A stretch of 64,000 nt of DNA from Candidatus Woesebacteria bacterium GW2011_GWB1_33_22 (GTDB taxonomy: Bacteria > Patescibacteriota > Microgenomatia > UBA8517): the NCBI GenBank assembly GCA_000989765.1, contig LBOW01000001.1, forward strand, positions 47,660 to 111,659, read 5' to 3'. A program made the translations under genes and the position numbers. Below, piece after piece: positions 19,419 through 29,440 of this stretch. Under the pieces are notes generated by a model. It was given only the letters and a program-made list of their open reading frames with translations. It made no database searches and had not been told where the DNA came from. Position 1 is the stretch's first letter; every line of letters starts with the position of its first letter.

Positions 19419-20345
19419 TTAGTGAAAACCAATTTTTTGGTGAATAAGGTATTCTGGTCTTTTTTTAACCTCATCATAAATACGTGCAAGATATTCACCT
19501 ATAATACCTAAGGTTATAAGTTGAACCCCGCCCATAAAAAGAATTGATGATATTGTTGATGTCCAACCCATAATTCCTAAATTAATAAAAAATTTGAGTA
19601 TAAAAAGTATAACAATTAAAACAAAAGCAAATCCGGAAAAAATAAAGCCTAATATGCTTGCGATTCTTAAAGGGACAAATGAGAAAGAAACAATTCCATC
19701 CATGGCTAGTTTAAAAAGCCTAGAAAAGCTTGCTTCATTTCCAGCATATCTTTTTGACCTTTCGTATATGACACCTGTTTGTTTAAAACCTGTCCAAGCT
19801 CTTAATCCACTAAAGTACTTATTTTTTTCAGGCAAATCAATAATTATGTTTACGATTTTTCTGTCTAATATTGAAAAAGTGCCAGCGTCAATTGGCATTT
19901 TTAAAAAAGATATTTTGTCAAATAGTTTATAAAAAGATTTAAATAAAAATTTTCTTACAAAACTCTCTTTTCTTTTTCGCTTAACACCATAAACTACATC
20001 ATACCCTTGTAATGATTTTTTATACATTTTTTCAATTATATGTGGTGGATCTTGCAAATCGGCATCCATTACGACCACTTTTTCACCTTTTGAATGGACT
20101 AATCCTGCTGTTATCGCGGGCATATGACCGAAATTTCTAGAAAAAGATATAATTTTAATATGATTATCTTTTTTGGAAATTGGGCGCAAAATGTTTAAAG
20201 AATTATCATAACTGCCATCATCAATAAAAATCACTTCATAGCTACTACTTATTTTCTGAAAAGTTGTTTTAATTTTCTCATAAAGAGTTTTGATGTTTCC
20301 TTCCTCATTGTAAATCGGAACAATAACTGATATCTTTAATTTCAT
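19419..20345 (-). CDS. GT2 GtrB/YkcC-like bactoprenol glycosyltransferase
   Basis: SRNFGH, MDADLQDPP, IIGEYLARIYDEVKKRP; start taken at MKLK (20345). Confidence 0.9.
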   Translation of the reverse strand: MKLKISVIVPIYNEEGNIKTLYEKIKTTFQKISSSYEVIFIDDGSYDNSLNILRPISKKDNHIKIISFSRNFGHMPAITAGLVHSKGEKVVVMDADLQDPPHIIEKMYKKSLQGYDVVYGVKRKRKESFVRKFLFKSFYKLFDKISFLKMPIDAGTFSILDRKIVNIIIDLPEKNKYFSGLRAWTGFKQTGVIYERSKRYAGNEASFSRLFKLAMDGIVSFSFVPLRIASILGFIFSGFAFVLIVILFILKFFINLGIMGWTSTISSILFMGGVQLITLGIIGEYLARIYDEVKKRPEYLIHQKIGFH

Positions 20346-20363
20346 AAGTGCAATATTACTAGA
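20346..20363. promoter_or_regulatory. 18-bp bidirectional promoter between two divergent leaderless genes
   Basis: + CAATAT and - TAATAT overlap on palindromic AATATT, each 7 nt from its ATG. Confidence 0.55.
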
Positions 20364-21083
20364 ATGAAGTTGATTAAGCAAATTCTAATATTTTTTATAA
20401 CAATTTTCTTTAAGATTTTCTTTTTAGTGTTTGGCGAGCCTAAAATTTCTAGCAGATTAAGGTCTGTGGTTAATTTATACAAGGGAAATAGTTTTTCCTC
20501 ACTATTTAAAATTATAAGGGTTTGGGATGCTCCTTTTGAAGAAATCGAAAAAGCTGTGCCGGAAAACGGTAAAATTGTTGACTTGGGATGTGGTGATGGA
20601 ATTTTGGGAAATTATTTAGCTTTATCGTCCAAAAAAAGAAGTGTTGTTGGGATAGAATTTAATAAGAAAAGGATAAGTGAGGCAAATAAAGGCATAGTTA
20701 ATACTAAATTTGTCTATGGCGATATTTTAAAAAGTAACTTTACTAAAGCAGATGCAATTCTACTTATACACGTGCTTCATCATCTAGAATCCTATATAGA
20801 TCAAGAAAAGCTTCTAACTAAATGCAAAGAAAGATTAAATAGGGGGGGTAAGATAATTATTGCAGAGATAATAGAAAGACCTTTACATAAGTTTTTATTT
20901 ACAGCCTTAACAGATTTTTTAATTGTACCTATACTGTTTGAAGGAAGGTTAATGAATACAATGATACATTTTAGAACCTTAGACAAATGGAAAACATTAT
21001 TTAAGAGAATGGGATTTAAATATAAATACTCGTTAAATCATCAAAATATGCCTTTCTCACACGCCATTTTTACATTGGAGTAA
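20364..21083 (+). CDS. Class I SAM-methyltransferase with hydrophobic N-terminus
   Basis: VDLGCGDG, HVLHHL. Confidence 0.85.
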   Translation: MKLIKQILIFFITIFFKIFFLVFGEPKISSRLRSVVNLYKGNSFSSLFKIIRVWDAPFEEIEKAVPENGKIVDLGCGDGILGNYLALSSKKRSVVGIEFNKKRISEANKGIVNTKFVYGDILKSNFTKADAILLIHVLHHLESYIDQEKLLTKCKERLNRGGKIIIAEIIERPLHKFLFTALTDFLIVPILFEGRLMNTMIHFRTLDKWKTLFKRMGFKYKYSLNHQNMPFSHAIFTLE

Positions 21084-22310
21084 CTAGATAAATTTTAATT
21101 TTTTAGCTGCAAAGAGAGTCATTTTCAGAAGCAACCATCCGTGAGAATAACGATTAATGTTTGTTTGACCATATGTTCTTTCTCGATATCTAGCAGGAAT
21201 TTCGCAAATTTTTAAATTGAGTTTGGTGGCGCCAAATAAAAGATCATAGTCTCCGAAAGGATCAAAATTGCCAAAGTAATTTCTATTATTACAAATTTTA
21301 ATGTAATCTTTACGGAACAAAGCTTTAGTTCCACAAAGCGTGTCATTTACTTTTTGATCTAATAAATAAGTAAAAATAAAACTAAATATTTTATTTCCAA
21401 AAAAGTTTAGCGTTTGCATTGCCTGTTTTTCTAATGGATAAACTAAACGAGAACCATTTGCAAAATCACAATATCCTTTCGAAATAGCTTCATAAAATTT
21501 GATTAAATCCTTAGGATTTACGGTCAGATCGGCATCAAGAATAATTAAGATATCGTTTTTGGCTTTTTTGAATCCTAATCTAACAGCATCTGCCTTACCT
21601 ACCCCCTGTTGTTTATATAATTTTGCTATATTTTTATTTTCTTTATTCTTATTAATCTCCTTCAAAATATAATCATAAGTTTTATCCTTAGATTTTCCTT
21701 CTACAAAAATAATTTCCATATTTTTACCTATTTTAGGTATTTTAGATATCATATTTGGGATATTTCCTTGTTCGTTTCTAGCTGGGATTATTATTGAAAC
21801 AGAATATTCCTTTGTTGGGGGACGCTTTTTAAAAATTATATAAGTAGTTAAACACAGATCGTTTATTAGTGGTAATTTTGCAACCAAAGTATTAATAAAT
21901 GAAGTTACGATGCCAAGATCGATAGGTAATAGAAATCTTTTACCTTTTCTAATAACATCAAATCCCTCTAGATTAAAAACATTTACAATATCATCAGTTG
22001 ATAACCAATTTGAAGGCTTATCTTCCTTTTTTCTTAAACCCAATTTTGTAGCAAAATTTAAAATAGGTTTCCAGAATTGATTAAAATAAATCACCACAAA
22101 CCTTGTATCTTTGTGTGAATATTTTTTTAATTTTTTTATCTCAAACTGTATATCATTCCAATGAGCAATTGTATTTGGAAGAACAATGTAATCATATCTC
22201 TGTGGCTGTATATTTGCGTTTGAATAAGTAAGTACTTTAGAACTCTTAGGTGTTAATTGACTTACTAACTTTTTAATATCTCGTTGGTAAAATTTAGAAA
22301 AAACCTTCAT
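21084..22310 (-). CDS. Degenerate methyltransferase-like domain fused to GT2 (DPM-synthase-like)
   Basis: C-terminal SIIIPARNE, GKADAVRLG, LDADLT, DTLCGTK, DPFGDYDLLFGA; N-terminal YDYIV without GxG motif. Confidence 0.8.
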   Translation of the reverse strand: MKVFSKFYQRDIKKLVSQLTPKSSKVLTYSNANIQPQRYDYIVLPNTIAHWNDIQFEIKKLKKYSHKDTRFVVIYFNQFWKPILNFATKLGLRKKEDKPSNWLSTDDIVNVFNLEGFDVIRKGKRFLLPIDLGIVTSFINTLVAKLPLINDLCLTTYIIFKKRPPTKEYSVSIIIPARNEQGNIPNMISKIPKIGKNMEIIFVEGKSKDKTYDYILKEINKNKENKNIAKLYKQQGVGKADAVRLGFKKAKNDILIILDADLTVNPKDLIKFYEAISKGYCDFANGSRLVYPLEKQAMQTLNFFGNKIFSFIFTYLLDQKVNDTLCGTKALFRKDYIKICNNRNYFGNFDPFGDYDLLFGATKLNLKICEIPARYRERTYGQTNINRYSHGWLLLKMTLFAAKKLKFI

Positions 22311-23248
22311 TTAAAGGTCTTTATATACCAATTAATTGTTTTGGTCAATCCTTCGCCAAGTTTTGTCTTAGCAACAAATCCAAATTCATTTTTTGCCTTT
22401 TGAATATTAAGTTTTCTTCTGATTTGACCATCGGGTCTGGTTTTATCCCAAATAATTTTTCCCTTATATTTCATTTTCGCAGCAATTAGAGCGACTAAAT
22501 CCTTGATCTTTATTTCGGAGTTTGATCCAATATTAATTGGATCAAGTTTATTATATCTTTGTGTTGCCATAACTATTGCCTCAGCGGCATCTTCTACATA
22601 CAAAAATTCTCTGGATGCTTTTCCTGTGCCCCATACTATTACGTTATTATTCGTTTTTTTAGCTTCATCTAGTTTTTTAATTAATGCGGGAATTACGTGT
22701 GAAGATTCTGGGTCAAAGTTGTCCCCTGGACCGTAAAGATTGACAGGTAATAGATATATTGAATTAAATCCAAATTGTTGTCTGTATGCTTGTGATTGTA
22801 CTAAAAGTATCTTTTTTGCTATTCCATAAGGTGCATTGGTTTCTTCAGGATATCCATTCCAAAGCGATTCTTCTTTAAACGGAACTGGTGTATTTTTGGG
22901 GTAAGAACAAACAGTTCCAATGCAAACAAATTTATGTACATGATTATTTTTAGCCGCCTCCATTAATTCTAAACCCATTATTGCATTATCATATAAAAGC
23001 GTACCAGGTAAGGAAGAGTTTTTTCCAATTCCACCAACATTTCCAGCTAAATGAATAACAATATCTATTCTTTTGGTCAATTTTTGGCAATTTATTCTAT
23101 CTCGTAAATCAAACTTATTACTGTCTGGTATAATAATGTTTCTTTCCTTTAATCCCTTTTTTAATAATATATTTTTAACATATTTTCCTAAAAAACCATT
23201 TCCACCTGTAAGCAAAATCTTATTATTTTTAAATTTAACTATTTTCAT
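22307..23248 (-). CDS. fcl: GDP-L-fucose synthase
   Basis: TGGNGFLG, HLAGNVGGI, YPEETNAPYGIAKK, SSHVIPALI, WGTGKASREFL. Confidence 0.9.
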   Translation of the reverse strand: MKIVKFKNNKILLTGGNGFLGKYVKNILLKKGLKERNIIIPDSNKFDLRDRINCQKLTKRIDIVIHLAGNVGGIGKNSSLPGTLLYDNAIMGLELMEAAKNNHVHKFVCIGTVCSYPKNTPVPFKEESLWNGYPEETNAPYGIAKKILLVQSQAYRQQFGFNSIYLLPVNLYGPGDNFDPESSHVIPALIKKLDEAKKTNNNVIVWGTGKASREFLYVEDAAEAIVMATQRYNKLDPINIGSNSEIKIKDLVALIAAKMKYKGKIIWDKTRPDGQIRRKLNIQKAKNEFGFVAKTKLGEGLTKTINWYIKTFK

Positions 23249-24772
23249 TTAATATAAAAATTGTATCTTTTTACCACTTCTGTAATTTTTTGTTAAATCA
23301 ACAATATATCCCTTTTCCGAATCAAAATCTTTTGAAGGAATTCTATCATAGTTGTAATCAATAACCCACACTTTGTTTCTAATACTCCAATACTTATTTT
23401 CCCACCCATCGACAGGTATGGGAAAATCTACGTTTGGACTAACGAATTCTGTAATTAGAGCTGCAGGCCACTGTAAATATGAAGGTACAATTATTATAGA
23501 ATCTTTTTCAAATTGTGGTGATATATATTTAATATAGGAAATAAATTTTTTAAAGGCCTCAGATTTATATTGAATGGAATCAAAATGTCTCCATACCATA
23601 TTGGTATTGTTAGTCACAAATACAATTAATACAAATAATGTTGCTACTTTGTATGAAATTTCATTTTTTGTAAATAATGCTTTTAATAAAATCGCCCACA
23701 TAATAGCAGCAAAAAGGCTTGAAAAGATAAAATACCTGTCCTCTCCAAAATATTTGGTAACATCAAGTCTGGTGTCGACATACATATATAGAAACATTGT
23801 TGAAACCATTGACAATAATAACGAAATATATAAGGTTAATAGTCTGGGTGCTTTTTTAAAAACAAGCCATATTCCGCCAAAGTACATGACTAAGGTTATT
23901 GGTAAAAAAAACTTTACAACTGGTAAATAAGGATCTTTAATTGACGTAATCCAGTTTTGACCAATGAAACTAACTAAATTTAAAGGAATCGTAACTGTTG
24001 GTATTTGATATAAAAGTCTTTGGGTGAGATTTTCTTGGGTTTTCAAAAAATTTGCAAACCCCCCAAGAGGTTGTTGTTCGCTCTTGTTGGTTATATAAAA
24101 GGAAATTAAAAAAAATGTTGTACAAATTAAAATAACCCTAAAAATTTTATGTAAATTGGGTTTATCCTCAAACATTTTTACAATGGGATAAATAAGCAAA
24201 ATTGGTAGGGCGAGACTAGAAAAATGACCGGTAAATACTGCTAATCCCCAGAGTAAAAAGGCTACAATGAGATTTTTTATTTTTAAATTTTCTCCATATT
24301 TCCATAAAAAATAAAAAGAAAAAATAATTGGTATTATCCCTGGAAATCGTTGTGCAAATCTTTGATATGTTCCTGCACCCAAATACTCAAAAAGAGCTAT
24401 ATAATTAGTGGCAAAAAAAATGGTAGCAGAGAATGCTAATAACTTACTGTTAGTTATCCTATTTATTATTAGATAAAGGGAAATAAACAGGATATAAGCA
24501 ATTGTGAAAGAAAGAAGAAAATATGCAGTTATATTGTCACGAAATATTGGTGGAAGAATATCAAAAATTATTTTAGCAGAATTATCATAACCCCATACAT
24601 TTATACCGTTTTTAACAAAAAAGTTTAAATGAGGATTAAAATACATGTATCCTTCTCCCAGAAACACCTGTTTAAACATCTTATGCCAAACCAAAAAAGA
24701 TAATCCAAAAATTGCAGTAGTAGACACCCAATTTTTTTGATAGAATGATTTAATTTTAGATATGATTTTCAC
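23249..24772 (-). CDS. Putative GT-C membrane glycosyltransferase
   Basis: Polytopic; acidic loop after TM1 (LGEGYMY), EDRYF near last TMs, soluble C-terminal domain. Confidence 0.55.
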   Translation of the reverse strand: MKIISKIKSFYQKNWVSTTAIFGLSFLVWHKMFKQVFLGEGYMYFNPHLNFFVKNGINVWGYDNSAKIIFDILPPIFRDNITAYFLLSFTIAYILFISLYLIINRITNSKLLAFSATIFFATNYIALFEYLGAGTYQRFAQRFPGIIPIIFSFYFLWKYGENLKIKNLIVAFLLWGLAVFTGHFSSLALPILLIYPIVKMFEDKPNLHKIFRVILICTTFFLISFYITNKSEQQPLGGFANFLKTQENLTQRLLYQIPTVTIPLNLVSFIGQNWITSIKDPYLPVVKFFLPITLVMYFGGIWLVFKKAPRLLTLYISLLLSMVSTMFLYMYVDTRLDVTKYFGEDRYFIFSSLFAAIMWAILLKALFTKNEISYKVATLFVLIVFVTNNTNMVWRHFDSIQYKSEAFKKFISYIKYISPQFEKDSIIIVPSYLQWPAALITEFVSPNVDFPIPVDGWENKYWSIRNKVWVIDYNYDRIPSKDFDSEKGYIVDLTKNYRSGKKIQFLY

Positions 24773-24799
24773 AAAAATATATTCTCATAATTCTACAAC

Positions 24800-25744
24800 A
24801 TGAACAAAGCTTTTTCAAAACTTTTACCAATACTTACGTGTCCTATCTGTCACAAAAATTTAAAGTTAATTAATAAAAATTTCGTGTGTACAGGAAATCA
24901 TAAATTTTCAGTCAAAAGTTATGTTCCAGTTTTTACCAAACTCAATGATTATCTTGAAATTGAATCCAATGCATGGGAGGAAGAATGGAAATCTAAAATT
25001 TCCAAAAAAGCCTTAAAAGCCTATGATATCAACATGGCAGTTTTTAAAAGTTTAGGCTATTGGGAAGAAAGTGGAAATGCTTCAAACCTAATACCAAGTA
25101 AGAAAGATAATATTGTTCTTGACTTAGGTTGCGGTAATGGTGTTTCAACGAGTAAACTCAAAGCAACACAAGCAGTAGGGTTGGATCTTTCTACTAAACA
25201 ATTGGTAAAATCCAAAAATAAATATCCAAACTGTAGTTTTATTGTAGGTGATGCAAGAAAACTTCCCTTTAAAGATTCATCATTTGATATGGTTGTTGCA
25301 ATAAATATGCTTCACCATGTCAAAAATCCTCAAGTTGTGATCAAAGAATGTTATAGAGTTTTAAAAAGTGGGGGACGTCTTTTAACTGTAGATCCGAACC
25401 TTTATAACCCTATTGGATTTATAGGTAGAGGTATGTATAAATTATTAAGACTTAAAAAGATTTTTCCAACATTTCCACAGTTTGCATTAGGAGAAGACGA
25501 ATATCAATTTTCAAAGAAAAATTATTACAATCTTTTTACCAAGTCACCATTTAAAAATTTTACGATTAGGCCACACAGACTTGAAAGAATATTTTTCTTT
25601 GCTAGTATTTTGATACCTAGTTTAATTATGTTTCCTTTCTATAAAAATATTATTTACATACTTAGTCGCATGGGAGAGGGCTTGGTTAAAATTCCACCGC
25701 TGGACAATATTTGTTATTTTTGGAAATGTGAGGCTATTAGGTGA
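24800..25744 (+). CDS. SAM-methyltransferase with N-terminal Trm112/RlmA-like Zn-binding module
   Basis: CPIC...C..NH; LDLGCGNG, LPFKDSSFD, MLHHV. Confidence 0.85.
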   Translation: MNKAFSKLLPILTCPICHKNLKLINKNFVCTGNHKFSVKSYVPVFTKLNDYLEIESNAWEEEWKSKISKKALKAYDINMAVFKSLGYWEESGNASNLIPSKKDNIVLDLGCGNGVSTSKLKATQAVGLDLSTKQLVKSKNKYPNCSFIVGDARKLPFKDSSFDMVVAINMLHHVKNPQVVIKECYRVLKSGGRLLTVDPNLYNPIGFIGRGMYKLLRLKKIFPTFPQFALGEDEYQFSKKNYYNLFTKSPFKNFTIRPHRLERIFFFASILIPSLIMFPFYKNIIYILSRMGEGLVKIPPLDNICYFWKCEAIR

Positions 25745-27930
25745 AAAAATTGCTTTTTTGGTCAATTTTAATTCTGGCCTTTCTCTGGCGTATAATAGGG
25801 ATCTATCCTGGCTATCCGCTTCATGCAGATGAAGGAATGTCTTATTCACAAGGTATGGCCATGATAACAGAAAAAACTTTAGATGCTCATGGATATGCTT
25901 ACGCATATGCATATCCAAACCTTGTGCCAATAATAAATGCACTATTTTTTAAATTGTTTTTTATACCTTTATCTTGGTTTTGGTTTTTTTTAAATAGAAT
26001 ACCTGAACTTATTGATGGGGTTTTACAAATTATTCCATCACAACTTGAAAGAGAAAGAATCTTTCAAGTTTTTATATTAGGAAAAGGAGGAATTAATCCA
26101 CTATATTGGGGAAGATATGTGGCATCCTTTTTTGGTTTTGGTTCTGTAATTCTTTCTTATATTCTAGGAAAGAAAATATTTAGTAAAAATGTTGGATTAA
26201 TTTGGGCCTTTTTTATGGCTGCAAGTTGGCGTCTAGTTCTTGCAAGTCATTTGGATTTACCAGATATATATAATGTATTTTTTCTTATTTTGTCTATGAT
26301 TTTTTCTCTAAATATTAAAGACAAACCCACAATCAAAAATTATTTATTTGCAGGTTTATTTGCAGGTTTATCGTTTAATGTTAAGTTCCAGACGTTTTCT
26401 ATCATTATTATTGGTATTTGCTATCTATATTCAGTTTTTATACAGAAGAGACTAAACCTACCTTTTATATTAATTTCAGTTTTTTCCTTTTTATTAATTA
26501 CTTTAATAATGAATCCTTACCATCTTATCCAATGGAAGACGACTTATGAACAAATTTCATATGTTGCAATGAAATATGGAATGGGTAAGAAAAACTTATA
26601 TATTTATCCAATTTTTTATCTTTATTATTACGCTGTAGGAGTTCCTGCAGTCTGGGCATCCTTTTTGGGAATCATATACGTAATTTTTAAGAAAAAATAT
26701 TTTTATTTAATATTGATTTTGTCCCCAATTTTGTCAGGTTTGTATTTATTTGCTTATTATTCTGGAGGTGGTTTTTATACTCGTAATCTTTTAACAATTA
26801 GTACATTTGTATTACTTTTTTCTGCGTTAGGTGTAAATTTCATTTTCGAAATACTTGAGAAAATAATCAAAAATAAATTATTTTTAGTGGGTATTACTAT
26901 ACCCTTAATATTATTATTGTATTTTGATCAGATAATGGCTTCGACGTTAGTAGTATTAAATTATAAAGAAACGTGGAATATACATATTTTGGAAAACTGG
27001 TTAAGCAAAAATATTCCTACTGGTGCAAAAATAGCTGCTCACAGTAATGTTCCACTTCCCATAAAAGATGTAGTTAGACTTGATTTTGAGGATGGTATTT
27101 CTTTTTCTATCGACGAATTCAGAGAAAACGGTGCTAGCTATGCTATTGCTAATTTTGCGTGGGCCACTAACAGTTTTTATTGGTGGATGGGTGGCATACC
27201 ACAGAAATATCAACTAAATTATTTTAATAAGCCTGTTGATTTATTAGAATTTACCTATCAAGGGATTGCCTTAAGAGAGTTATCTGAATCAGCAATTTAC
27301 TTAATATCAAATTCCTGGCAAGCACCGGATACAACTTTTGTTGTAGCTAAAATTCCAGAATATAATTTAATAGATAAATCAGAGATAATTTATTATGATT
27401 TTCAAAAAGGTACCAATGGTTGGAAAAAGAGTGGTATTGCTTGGGAAGATAGCGATAATTTAAGTTGGGCAACAGAAGGTTTACTTTTAGAAGCAGAACC
27501 TGTTCTTCTTCCTTCAACAAGATGGGAGTCTCCAGTCCATAAAATTGAAGATGCAAAGGGATTTTACGTAGAGTACAAAGTCAACTCGATATCTGATACA
27601 AAGAATATAAAGGGCGCATATATCTTTGTAAGTTTTTATAAAAACCTTGAAGATGCTCAACAATCAGTAAATAGGGTTAGTGTTAGATTAAGTGAAAGAA
27701 AAGATGCAGATTCTATTTGGGAAATTAAGAATTTGATGGGTTTAATTCCCGATAATGCAAAATATATGACAATTGGTTATTCGAGTTATGACAACGTTAA
27801 AACTCGAAATATTCTAAGTTGGTTAAAAATATATAAATCAGATATAGAAGTTGATTACGGTAAAGAAAAGATTAAACCTGTTATGTTAGATATTAACGAT
27901 CTCTTCCCAAACAGTCATGGAAATTTGTAA
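25741..27930 (+). CDS. GT-C (PMT/ArnT-like) glycosyltransferase with C-terminal beta-sandwich/CBM-like domain
   Basis: HADEG after TM1, SHLDLPD, FNVKF, YTRN; soluble C-terminal region. Confidence 0.78.
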   Translation: MKKLLFWSILILAFLWRIIGIYPGYPLHADEGMSYSQGMAMITEKTLDAHGYAYAYAYPNLVPIINALFFKLFFIPLSWFWFFLNRIPELIDGVLQIIPSQLERERIFQVFILGKGGINPLYWGRYVASFFGFGSVILSYILGKKIFSKNVGLIWAFFMAASWRLVLASHLDLPDIYNVFFLILSMIFSLNIKDKPTIKNYLFAGLFAGLSFNVKFQTFSIIIIGICYLYSVFIQKRLNLPFILISVFSFLLITLIMNPYHLIQWKTTYEQISYVAMKYGMGKKNLYIYPIFYLYYYAVGVPAVWASFLGIIYVIFKKKYFYLILILSPILSGLYLFAYYSGGGFYTRNLLTISTFVLLFSALGVNFIFEILEKIIKNKLFLVGITIPLILLLYFDQIMASTLVVLNYKETWNIHILENWLSKNIPTGAKIAAHSNVPLPIKDVVRLDFEDGISFSIDEFRENGASYAIANFAWATNSFYWWMGGIPQKYQLNYFNKPVDLLEFTYQGIALRELSESAIYLISNSWQAPDTTFVVAKIPEYNLIDKSEIIYYDFQKGTNGWKKSGIAWEDSDNLSWATEGLLLEAEPVLLPSTRWESPVHKIEDAKGFYVEYKVNSISDTKNIKGAYIFVSFYKNLEDAQQSVNRVSVRLSERKDADSIWEIKNLMGLIPDNAKYMTIGYSSYDNVKTRNILSWLKIYKSDIEVDYGKEKIKPVMLDINDLFPNSHGNL

Positions 27931-27946
27931 AAAGACTGGAGACAAT

Positions 27947-27974
27947 TTGCAATCTCAAATATTATTGGTAGAAT
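27947..27974 (+). promoter_or_regulatory. sigma70-type promoter of nucleotide-sugar operon
   Basis: TTGCAA-N16-TAGAAT with extended TG; ATG 10 nt downstream. Confidence 0.55.
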
Positions 27975-27984
27975 AACTTCAATA

Positions 27985-28989
27985 ATGAAATATGTAGCTT
28001 TGGTAGGTTATGGTTATTGGGGAACAAACCTTTTGAGGAATTTTGTGGAGACTAAAAATTGTGAAGTTGTATATGTTTGTGATAATGATATCACTAGACT
28101 AAAACCAATTAGAAAAAGATATCCTTCAATTATTCTTACTTCGAATTATGATGAAATTCTTTTTGATAAAGAAATTGATGCAGTGATAATAGCTACTCCC
28201 ACAAGGTTTCATCACGATCTAGCTAAGAAAGCTATGGAGGCGGGAAAGGATGTTTTAATTGAAAAACCGATGGCTTTATCAATGTCCGAAGCAAAAGATT
28301 TAGTTGTGGTATCAAAAAAAACGAAGAGAATAATAATGGTTGACCATACATTTTTGTTTACACCAGCTGTAAGAAAGTTAAAAACAATTATTGATAACGG
28401 TGAAATCGGTGACATTGTTTATATTGATTCAGTAAGAACAAATCTCGGACTTTTTCAAACTGACTCCAATGTTTCCTTTGACTTAGCAACCCACGATATT
28501 GCAATACTACAATATTTATTAAATGCTAGTCCTACAGTAATTACCTCGGTGGCGGAGTCTTTCTATGGTACACAGGAAGAAATCTTTTACATTCATTTAA
28601 ATTACCCAAACAAAATAACTTGCCATTTACATGTAAGTTGGCTTTCCCCACTTAAGGTGAGGAAAATGATGATAGTTGGAACTAAAAAAATGATAGTGTA
28701 TGATGATGTTGAACAATCTGAAAAGATAAAAATTTATGATAAGGGAGTTGTGTTTGATCAAATAAGAATTGGGTATAGGTCAGGAGATGTCAATTCTCCC
28801 AATATTGATATTAAAGAGGCGTTAGGAACCATGGCATTAGAGTTTATAGATACTTTGGAAACCAGAAAAGAGCCTGTAAGTAACGGTCTTTTTGGTTTGT
28901 CAATTGTAAATATATTAGAAATGTCTAATAATTCTTCTCGAAGTAGTAAAACAATTATTATTAAAAATATAAATGACAATAAAAAATGA
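27985..28989 (+). CDS. Gfo/Idh/MocA oxidoreductase (WbpB/WlbA-like)
   Basis: VGYGYWG, IEKPMA, DLATHD. Confidence 0.88.
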   Translation: MKYVALVGYGYWGTNLLRNFVETKNCEVVYVCDNDITRLKPIRKRYPSIILTSNYDEILFDKEIDAVIIATPTRFHHDLAKKAMEAGKDVLIEKPMALSMSEAKDLVVVSKKTKRIIMVDHTFLFTPAVRKLKTIIDNGEIGDIVYIDSVRTNLGLFQTDSNVSFDLATHDIAILQYLLNASPTVITSVAESFYGTQEEIFYIHLNYPNKITCHLHVSWLSPLKVRKMMIVGTKKMIVYDDVEQSEKIKIYDKGVVFDQIRIGYRSGDVNSPNIDIKEALGTMALEFIDTLETRKEPVSNGLFGLSIVNILEMSNNSSRSSKTIIIKNINDNKK

Positions 28990-29440
28990 TGTCAAAATAG
29001 GTAAAAGAGTAAAAATTTATCACAAAAATTTAGTTAATTTGTATGGTTGTAGCATAGGCGAAGATACAAAAATTGGAACTTTTGTTGAAATACAGGCGGG
29101 TGCAAAAATAGGTTCCAGATGTAAAATTTCATCACATACATTTATTTGTGAAGGAGTAACAATAGAAGACGAAGTGTTTATTGGTCATGGTGTTATGTTT
29201 ACAAATGATAAATATCCTAGGGCAGCAATCGGTGGGCATTTAAAGGAAAATGATGATTGGAAGCTCGAAAAAACAGTTATTAAAAAAGGTGCATCTGTTG
29301 GCAGTGGTGCAATTATTCTCCCTGGAATAATAGTAGGGGGAAATGCAATGGTGGGAGCCGGTTGTGTGGTCAGTAAAGATGTTCCATCAAACTCTCTAAT
29401 TTATGGAGTACCTGGTAAAATTGTTAAAAAATTAAAATGA
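28973..29440 (+). CDS. LbH N-acetyltransferase (WbpD/WlbB/WxcM-like)
   Basis: Hexapeptide repeats, FTNDKYPRA, YGVPGK. Confidence 0.88.
   Translation: MTIKNDVKIGKRVKIYHKNLVNLYGCSIGEDTKIGTFVEIQAGAKIGSRCKISSHTFICEGVTIEDEVFIGHGVMFTNDKYPRAAIGGHLKENDDWKLEKTVIKKGASVGSGAIILPGIIVGGNAMVGAGCVVSKDVPSNSLIYGVPGKIVKKLK

Noticed and set aside
25890-25917. 9-bp inverted repeat tggatatgc...gcatatcca
   Set aside because: Explained by codons of the GYAYAYAYP peptide in a GT-C loop
26342-26371. 12-bp tandem duplication tttatttgcagg
   Set aside because: In-frame LFAG-LFAG in a TM helix; only two copies
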